Assembly: GCA_039025725.1 (NCBI GenBank)
Contig: JBCCNR010000019.1
Coordinates: 1 to 12,020, forward strand
Length of the DNA: 12,020 nucleotides
Direction of reading: 5' to 3'
Source: Pseudomonadota bacterium
GTDB lineage: Bacteria; Pseudomonadota; Alphaproteobacteria; JBCCNR01
Shown here: piece by piece, positions 5,726 through 12,020 of the stretch
Layout: each line of letters begins with the position of its first letter
How positions within the stretch are numbered: the stretch's first letter is position 1
The notes under the pieces: generated by a model
Databases searched by the model: none
What the model saw: the letters and a program-made list of their open reading frames with translations, nothing else
What the model was told of the DNA's origin: nothing
Made by a program: the position numbers and the translations under genes

Positions 5726-8371
5726 TTACGCAACTATTTTCTCTTTTGTTTTTTGACTTATAGCTTCAGAAGGGGGGAGAGCATTTTTCAACTTTTCAAG
5801 CAGATCAAGGGCACCAGAAGGAGACATCTTTTGAATATCAGCCTTTTGCAGCATTTCTTCTATATCATGTATATAGTGCGGAGTTTTTGCTTGCGAGAAA
5901 AGTGGTGCAGCGGTCTCTGATGGCACTGGAACGGCTTTGTTTTTGTCAGTTTTCTGTAGAAATTCTTTGGCCTTTTTGACCACTTGTGGCGGCATACCGG
6001 CAAGCTCTGCGACATGAACACCATATGATTTCTTCGCTGCCCCTTGAGTAACATGATGCAAAAAGATAATTTCATTATCATATTCGGAAACGGTGACTTG
6101 TAAATGACCAACGCGCTTGCTTTGGGCAGTCAGGTCGGTCAGTTCATGATAGTGAGTCGCAAAAATCCCAAGACAATTTATCTCAGAAATCAGATAGGCA
6201 ACAGTGGCATAAGCAACGGCCAGCCCGTCATAGGTCGAAGTTCCACGCCCAACTTCATCTAATATCACAAATGAGCGCGATGTTGCATATTTTAGAATAT
6301 AAGCCATTTCGGACATTTCTGTCATAAAGGTTGATTGCCCCTTAGCGAGATTATCCGACGCCCCCACACGCGAGAAAAGGCGATCGAAAATTCCGGCTTC
6401 ATAATGGCTGGCTGGCACATAAAAACCAGCTTGTGCCAATAAAATGGCCAGTGCATTTTGCCTAAGAAAAGTCGATTTTCCGCCCATATTCGGCCCGGAT
6501 AACAGCCATAATTCAGTTTGCTTTTTTTGGGCATGCTGTAGAAAATGGCAATCATTGGGCACGAATGATTTTGTGGCTTGAGATTTCAGAATTTTCTCAA
6601 TGACCGGATGACGCAATTTTGCGATAGATAGGGATTTATCCTGCCCAAGGACCGGTCTTGTATAATCATTTTCCTGTATTAAAACTGCATGTGATGCATA
6701 AAGATCAATTTCGGCATATCCATCGGCAAAAGCTGCGAGATCAAAAATATCTTCCTGCACTTTTTCACAGAGCATATCGAAAATTTCAATCTCTTGTCTG
6801 TTGAAATTTGCATCTGCTTCAAAAATTTGCTTTTCTAATTGCATCAGCTCTTCTGTTGTGAAGCGAATTGCATTGGCCAATGTTTGTTTATGGATAAATT
6901 TTACATGTTCAAATTCAGTTTTTAACATGCGATCTGCATGTAGGGACGGCACATCAATATGATATCCAATCACATTATTATGCTTTATTTTCAGTGCGTT
7001 TATGCCAGTATATTCGCGATATTTTCCTTCAAGAGAGAGAATAAATCCCTGTGCATTATTTTTTAATTTCGTATATTGATCAAGCAAAGCATCAAAGCCC
7101 GGAGCCACAAAGCCACCAAACTTCAATGTAACAGGAGGCTCATCCATAAGTGCATCACTTATATCATGATAGCAGGGAATATTTTTACATAAGGCTTTAA
7201 AACACTCCTGAAGTATGTCAGGCATATGCTGATAATTATCAATATTCACATCATAGAGCATTGTGTGAATAAGAGATATTGCTTGTCTGATACCGCCTAA
7301 ATCCGCTGGAGTCCCTCTGCCAGATTGCAAGCGCCCTAACAGACGTGCCATATCGGGAAGCTGTTTGAAGACCAGTCGGATTTTCTCTGTTAGATTATGA
7401 TTTTCAATAAAAAAATCTATCGCATCATAGCGCTGATTGAGGGCTTTTTGATCAACAAGCGGCGATGATAATCTCTCTGATAAAAGCCGCGCGCCGCCTT
7501 TGGTGGTCATATTATCCAGAACCCATAAGAGAGAATATTTTTTGCTATTCTCACTCCCCTGAAAAATTTCGAGGTTTTTCAAAGTCGCGGCATCCACAGC
7601 AAGCTTATGATCCTGCGGTTCAAATTCTGTCGGTAGAAGGAGATATTTGCTATTTTTCTGTGTTTTCTCAAGATAGGATAACAGTAAGATAGCAGCTTTT
7701 TCCTCAAGCCCGGAAAGCCCTTCAGTAAAGTCACTTCGCGGTATATCTGGTAAAATCTCCTGATAAGTATGCAGCATATCAGGTGCATATTCTTTAAGAA
7801 AAGTTATATCTTCGCGCGTCCCATATAAAATTTCGGCTGGCCTGACGGTCATCACATAATTGGTAAAATCGGCAGGATTTTCAATCAGCGTATATGCATT
7901 TTTTCCCGTAGACATATCATAGCGAAAAGCACATAATTTCCTATCATCACGCATCAGCGCCACAAGATAATTGCCCGAAGCAGGGTCTAACATATGATCT
8001 TCTGTCAGAGTGCCGGGCGTAAGAATTCTCACGACATCTCTTTTAACGACAGCTTTTGATCCTCGCTTTTTGGCTTCGGCAGGGTCTTCAGTTTGCTCAC
8101 AGACCGCGATATAGAACCCTTTTTTGACCAGCCTTTCCGTATAAACCGCATAATTATGCACAGGAACACCGCACATGGGAATATCCTGATCTTTATATTT
8201 CCCGCGTTTGGTCAGAACGATATCGAGTTCTTTTGCAGCGGTTTCTGCATCTTCGAAAAAGAGCTCATAGAAGTCTCCCATGCGAAAAAATAATAAACAG
8301 TCTTTATGGTCTGCTTTGGTTCTGAGATATTGTGCAATAACCGGTGTTGCGCTGGGGTCTATGTCTGTCAT
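5726..8371 (-). CDS. mutS: DNA mismatch repair protein MutS
   Basis: 881 aa. N-terminal mismatch-binding block FFRMGDFYELFFEDA, Walker A GPNMGGKSTFLRQ, and DEVGRGTSTYDG. Confidence 0.95.
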   Translation of the reverse strand: MTDIDPSATPVIAQYLRTKADHKDCLLFFRMGDFYELFFEDAETAAKELDIVLTKRGKYKDQDIPMCGVPVHNYAVYTERLVKKGFYIAVCEQTEDPAEAKKRGSKAVVKRDVVRILTPGTLTEDHMLDPASGNYLVALMRDDRKLCAFRYDMSTGKNAYTLIENPADFTNYVMTVRPAEILYGTREDITFLKEYAPDMLHTYQEILPDIPRSDFTEGLSGLEEKAAILLLSYLEKTQKNSKYLLLPTEFEPQDHKLAVDAATLKNLEIFQGSENSKKYSLLWVLDNMTTKGGARLLSERLSSPLVDQKALNQRYDAIDFFIENHNLTEKIRLVFKQLPDMARLLGRLQSGRGTPADLGGIRQAISLIHTMLYDVNIDNYQHMPDILQECFKALCKNIPCYHDISDALMDEPPVTLKFGGFVAPGFDALLDQYTKLKNNAQGFILSLEGKYREYTGINALKIKHNNVIGYHIDVPSLHADRMLKTEFEHVKFIHKQTLANAIRFTTEELMQLEKQIFEADANFNRQEIEIFDMLCEKVQEDIFDLAAFADGYAEIDLYASHAVLIQENDYTRPVLGQDKSLSIAKLRHPVIEKILKSQATKSFVPNDCHFLQHAQKKQTELWLLSGPNMGGKSTFLRQNALAILLAQAGFYVPASHYEAGIFDRLFSRVGASDNLAKGQSTFMTEMSEMAYILKYATSRSFVILDEVGRGTSTYDGLAVAYATVAYLISEINCLGIFATHYHELTDLTAQSKRVGHLQVTVSEYDNEIIFLHHVTQGAAKKSYGVHVAELAGMPPQVVKKAKEFLQKTDKNKAVPVPSETAAPLFSQAKTPHYIHDIEEMLQKADIQKMSPSGALDLLEKLKNALPPSEAISQKTKEKIVA

Positions 8372-8458
8372 AATGTCCTACCTTTCCTTTCTATATAAGG
8401 ACTTGTGCAAGTTTTTTCAATGTGAAATAAAGAAGTTAACTCATATTCGGAGAATCTT

Positions 8459-9406
8459 ATGAATAAAGTTATCCTTTTTCCCGGTCAGGGGAGTCAATCT
8501 GTCGGGATGGGCAAAAATCTATATGAAAATTTCAGATGTGCAAAAGATGTCTTCGACGAGGTTGACGATGCTTTAGGACAAAAACTATCTAAAATTATTT
8601 TTGAAGGCCCGGAAGAAGACCTTACATTGACAGAAAATACTCAGCCAGCATTGATGACGGTTTCAATGGCTGTTATGCGCATTTTAGAAAAAGAGTTTGA
8701 TATCGTGCCTGCACAGCACTTTACATATGCTGCGGGTCATTCTCTGGGGGAGTATTCTGCATTATGTTGCAGTCATGTTTTTTCACTGGCCGATACTGCG
8801 CGGCTTTTAAAAATTCGTGGAACCTCTATGCAAAAGGCTGTTCCTGTGGGGCAGGGGGCTATGGCTGCGATCATAAATCTGTCTTTTGATAAGATTGCGG
8901 ATATTACGCAGACTGTTGCAACAGATACAGGGCAATATTGTGATATTGCAAATGACAATTCAGAGGGGCAAATCGTGATCTCTGGCCATAAAGAAGCCAT
9001 TGATAAAGCATGTGATATTGCCAAATCTGCCGGTGCCAAGCGTGCCTTGCTTTTGCCTGTAAGTGCGCCATTTCACTCTGGATTGATGCAGCCTGCCGCC
9101 GTGGCTATGGAGGCTGCATTATCTGAGGTTACAATGCAGGATGCGGATATGCCAGTGATTGCGAATGTTTCTGTGACGCCTGTGACGGTGGTGGATGATA
9201 TCAGGAAGGCTCTGATTGCGCAGGTGACGGGTCGTGTGAGATGGCGGGAGACAATGGCATATTTTGCAGATAATAACATCGAGACCGCCATTGAGGCCGG
9301 ATCAGGCAAAGTTTTAACGGGCCTGTTAAAGCGTGCGATGAAGGATGTGCAGCTTGTAAATTTACAAAACCCTGATGATATAGAGCTTTATGCCAAATCC
9401 GCATAG
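8459..9406 (+). CDS. fabD: Malonyl-CoA:ACP transacylase
   Basis: FPGQGSQ, GHSLGEYSAL (active-site Ser) and SAPFHS. It is 315 aa, with SD ggag before the ATG. Confidence 0.9.
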   Translation: MNKVILFPGQGSQSVGMGKNLYENFRCAKDVFDEVDDALGQKLSKIIFEGPEEDLTLTENTQPALMTVSMAVMRILEKEFDIVPAQHFTYAAGHSLGEYSALCCSHVFSLADTARLLKIRGTSMQKAVPVGQGAMAAIINLSFDKIADITQTVATDTGQYCDIANDNSEGQIVISGHKEAIDKACDIAKSAGAKRALLLPVSAPFHSGLMQPAAVAMEAALSEVTMQDADMPVIANVSVTPVTVVDDIRKALIAQVTGRVRWRETMAYFADNNIETAIEAGSGKVLTGLLKRAMKDVQLVNLQNPDDIELYAKSA

Positions 9407-10121
9407 GCTTCTGATTGATATTGGGAATAGCACGATTGATTATTTGCGTTGCTCGGATGGTAAGCGTTTCACCTATGCGCATCATGATCAGGCTTTGGAT
9501 GAGATTTTAAGCCAGCATGTGCATGAGGAAATTGTCTTTTGCTCAGTCGTGCGGCATCTTTCGGATAGGTTGGTTGCGCTTTGTGAAACGCAAAGCAGGA
9601 CATATTTGCATATAAATTCTTATCACAAAATTGGTTTTGGGATGCAGGTTGATCATCCTGATCAGGTTGGGATAGATCGTTTGGTGTCTCTTAAGGGGGC
9701 GAGGCAGAAATATAAGGGAAATTTATTGGTCATTGATGCAGGGACTGCGACGACATTTGATCTTCTGGATAAAGATGATAACTTTCTGGGCGGAGCCATC
9801 ACGGCTGGCCTTGGCATGATGCGCGATATGCTTTATGAGAAGACAGATGCTTTGCCATATGTTGCACTTGAAAAGCCTGCCACACCTATTGGTATAAATA
9901 CAGATATGGCCATGAAATCTGGTCTTTATTGGGGATATATTGGCCTGTTACATATGATGATCCGTAAATATAAACATATCTTTGCGAGAGATCTGACCGT
10001 TCTGGCCTCTGGTGGAGTAATGTCTTTGTTGAGGGATGAATTAAAAGAAGACATTGATGGCTATGATGATATGCTTATCTTTGAGGGCCTAAATTATTTA
10101 AGCTGTAAAAATATTTTATAG
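9390..10121 (+). CDS. coaX: Type III pantothenate kinase
   Basis: LLIDIGNST (phosphate-1) and VIDAGTATTFD blocks of the ASKHA-fold type III PanK. It is 243 aa. ATG-9390 overlaps the fabD 3' end by 17 nt, and no better in-frame canonical start lies downstream. Confidence 0.85.
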   Translation: MPNPHRLLIDIGNSTIDYLRCSDGKRFTYAHHDQALDEILSQHVHEEIVFCSVVRHLSDRLVALCETQSRTYLHINSYHKIGFGMQVDHPDQVGIDRLVSLKGARQKYKGNLLVIDAGTATTFDLLDKDDNFLGGAITAGLGMMRDMLYEKTDALPYVALEKPATPIGINTDMAMKSGLYWGYIGLLHMMIRKYKHIFARDLTVLASGGVMSLLRDELKEDIDGYDDMLIFEGLNYLSCKNIL

Positions 10122-10127
10122 AGGATT

Positions 10128-11843
10128 ATGACAAAGAAAAAATCTAAAGAAAGAGCCGTCTTTCTGCCCCTTGGAGGATCAGGAGAGATTGGCATGAATA
10201 TGAATTTATTTGGTTATGGTCGGGATAATCACGAAAAATGGATTATGGTTGATTGTGGTGTGACATTTGGTGGTCCTGACACGCCGGGCGTTGATATTAT
10301 TTTCCCTGATTTTGAATTTATCAAAGAGCGCAGAGAGGATCTTAAAGCGATCATTTTGACTCATGCGCATGAAGATCATATTGGTGCCATTGCTTATGTC
10401 TGGCCAGAATTGCGTGTTCCGCTTTATGCGACAGCTTTTACCGCGCGTATGATACAGGATAAATTTAATGATCGCGGCGTAGACGTTAAGGGGTTTCTGA
10501 ATATCGTACCGTTAAAATCCTCAATTGTGATTGGTGATTTTCGGATAGAATTTGTGTCGATGACGCACTCTATTCCTGAACCAAATGGTATTTATATCAA
10601 GACACCGGCTGCGAATATTTATCATACTGGCGACTGGAAATTTGATCCTGATCCTGTCCTCGGAGAGCCTACAGATCATAAACGTATCGCGGAAATTGCC
10701 GCTGAGGGCATTGATGCCTGTATTTGCGATTCCACCAATGCGCTGGACAACACCCCATCAGGCTCAGAGGCCGCTATTCTAAGCCCTATGGTTAAGGCTT
10801 TGCGCAAATCCACTGGCCGCGTTGCGATTACGACTTTTGCATCTAATGTTGCGCGTATGAAAACATTAATGCGTGCAATTAAGGACTCTGGACGCAAATG
10901 CGTGCTTGCGGGGCGCTCAGTTGAGCGTATTTTCAATCATGGTCGCGCCATGAATTATTTCGAAGACCTCCCTGAGCCTGTCGCCTTAGAAGAAGTTAAA
11001 GACCATACACCCGGAACGCTTGCATGTATTTGTACCGGATCGCAGGGAGAGCAGCGCGCAGCTTTGGGGAAAATGGCACGCGGTATTCATCCCTTTTTTA
11101 ATCTCTCAGAGGGGGATACGGTTATTTTTTCCTCTAAAACCATTCCGGGCAATGAGAAATCTGTTTTCACAATTTACAATATGCTGGCGGAAAATGGAGT
11201 GACTGTTCTGACGTCGAAAGATTTTGATATTCATGTTTCGGGACATCCGACAGCACCTGATCTTGAGAAGCTCTATAAGATATTAAAGCCAAATGTAGCC
11301 ATTCCGGTCCATGGAGAGATACGCCATATGAACCGCCACGCAGAGATTGCCCTTGCCCATGGTGCCAATCATGCGATTGTACCGCAAAATGGAGACTTCA
11401 TTGAAATCACCCGAGAGGGCGTTATCTGCGATAAAGAAGTCGAAGCAGGGCGGCTTTATCTTGATGGTCGCATTGTCGAAGAGAGTGCTTTCGGTTCGGC
11501 CTCTGAGCGCAAAAGGCTGACTTATGCTGGATATGCTGCTATTTTTGTGATTGTCGATAAGAGTGGGAATTTATTATCTCCACCCGATATTCAAAGCTTT
11601 GGTGTACCAGATGGTGATAAGCTTTTTGGCCGCGCAGGAATGGAATATCTTTATCATCAATTGGTCGAAGCCTATGAGGGGCTTGATGCTAAAGATTATG
11701 ATGATGATCAGAAAATCTCTGAGGCCATAAGATTATCCTATAGAAGAACAGTCAACCAAGCCTGGGGCAAAAAACCCATAACCGAGGTAAAGGTTATAAG
11801 GCTAGGGTCAGCCCTCATTAAATTCATGAATTCTGCATCATGA
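10128..11843 (+). CDS. rnj: Ribonuclease J (metallo-beta-lactamase / beta-CASP family)
   Basis: LPLGGSGEIGMN N-terminus and the HAHEDHIG zinc motif. The 571-aa length fits. SD gagga lies 5 nt before the ATG, and the gene follows coaX after a 6-nt gap. Confidence 0.9.
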   Translation: MTKKKSKERAVFLPLGGSGEIGMNMNLFGYGRDNHEKWIMVDCGVTFGGPDTPGVDIIFPDFEFIKERREDLKAIILTHAHEDHIGAIAYVWPELRVPLYATAFTARMIQDKFNDRGVDVKGFLNIVPLKSSIVIGDFRIEFVSMTHSIPEPNGIYIKTPAANIYHTGDWKFDPDPVLGEPTDHKRIAEIAAEGIDACICDSTNALDNTPSGSEAAILSPMVKALRKSTGRVAITTFASNVARMKTLMRAIKDSGRKCVLAGRSVERIFNHGRAMNYFEDLPEPVALEEVKDHTPGTLACICTGSQGEQRAALGKMARGIHPFFNLSEGDTVIFSSKTIPGNEKSVFTIYNMLAENGVTVLTSKDFDIHVSGHPTAPDLEKLYKILKPNVAIPVHGEIRHMNRHAEIALAHGANHAIVPQNGDFIEITREGVICDKEVEAGRLYLDGRIVEESAFGSASERKRLTYAGYAAIFVIVDKSGNLLSPPDIQSFGVPDGDKLFGRAGMEYLYHQLVEAYEGLDAKDYDDDQKISEAIRLSYRRTVNQAWGKKPITEVKVIRLGSALIKFMNSAS

Positions 11844-11957
11844 AAATTTATAATGAATAAGCGGTAAAAGGACGCAGCGACTAGCCTCGCCCTAATCGCA
11901 AGTCATTTTATCGTTTAGGCATATAAATTTTCGATGCCCTAAAGGGTTTGTTAAAAA

Positions 11958-11966
11958 TGCTATAAT
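11958..11966 (+). promoter_or_regulatory. Candidate extended -10 promoter element (TGcTATAAT)
   Basis: Exact match to the TGnTATAAT consensus, in the 177-nt stretch after rnj that the supplied >=60-aa ORF track leaves uncalled. No convincing -35 is visible. The target lies at or beyond the window edge. Confidence 0.3.
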
Positions 11967-12020
11967 ACCTGCGTTTTACTCGCTCGAATATGCTACAGCA
12001 TGTCCTTCCCTCGCAAAACT

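Noticed and set aside
8372-8458. Divergent mutS/fabD promoter elements (for example ttgtgc ... aataaa, tatataa).
   Set aside because: Several weak hexamer matches exist, but none has convincing -35/-10 spacing. In AT-rich DNA such matches are expected by chance.
5860-8462. ORFs 5860-6111(-), 6322-6555(-), 7465-7692(+), 7579-7788(-), 8093-8293(+) and 8280-8462(+).
   Set aside because: All are embedded in or antisense to mutS. The last spills into the mutS/fabD divergent spacer. None has motifs or a credible RBS.
8773-9485. Minus-strand ORFs 8773-9039, 9073-9309 and 9201-9485.
   Set aside because: They are antisense to fabD/coaX. Their Ala/Ser/Thr/Ile-rich composition is typical of the reverse frame of a GC-richer coding region.
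10585-11202. ORFs 10585-10782(+), 10676-10936(-) and 11020-11202(+).
   Set aside because: They are shadow frames inside rnj, which is continuous and motif-supported over its full length.
11908-12020. Edge-truncated minus-strand ORF ending at TAA 11908-11910.
   Set aside because: Only 36 codons are visible, the composition is not diagnostic, and it conflicts with the plus-strand promoter-like motif. I mention it under findings but do not call it as a feature.

Overview
This is an AT-rich chromosomal segment, roughly 40% G+C by eye. It looks alphaproteobacterial (inference from the coaX-rnj pair, an RNase J with an alphaproteobacterial-style N-terminus, and a PELVEG/PFDKLR-type palindromic repeat), possibly from a host-associated lineage. 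Ten of the eleven CDSs are recognisable housekeeping genes: a DgoA-like KDPG-family aldolase, an SDR oxidoreductase, trxA, an ErpA/IscA-type Fe-S carrier, xthA, periplasmic Cu,Zn-SOD (sodC), mutS, fabD, coaX and rnj. I see no rRNA, tRNA, CRISPR array, transposase, integrase, or multi-gene defence or biosynthetic system, and I do not want to overstate novelty. Five things are not explained by the housekeeping genes. (1) A perfect 38-bp inverted repeat forms a 124-bp REPIN/MITE-like element at the left window edge. (2) It directly abuts an AT-rich 379-aa orphan ORF with no motif I recognise. (3) The 574-bp xthA/sodC convergent spacer is filled by a nested tandem duplication (periods of about 221 and 123 bp) of a GC-rich palindromic element whose arms read PELVEG / PFDKLR. 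(4) A 72-nt, 75% G+C island of three mini-hairpins sits in an otherwise AT-rich spacer. (5) A perfect 13-bp/3-nt-loop palindrome lies upstream of xthA. All functional readings of these non-coding elements are hypotheses that need genome-wide copy counts and transcript data.
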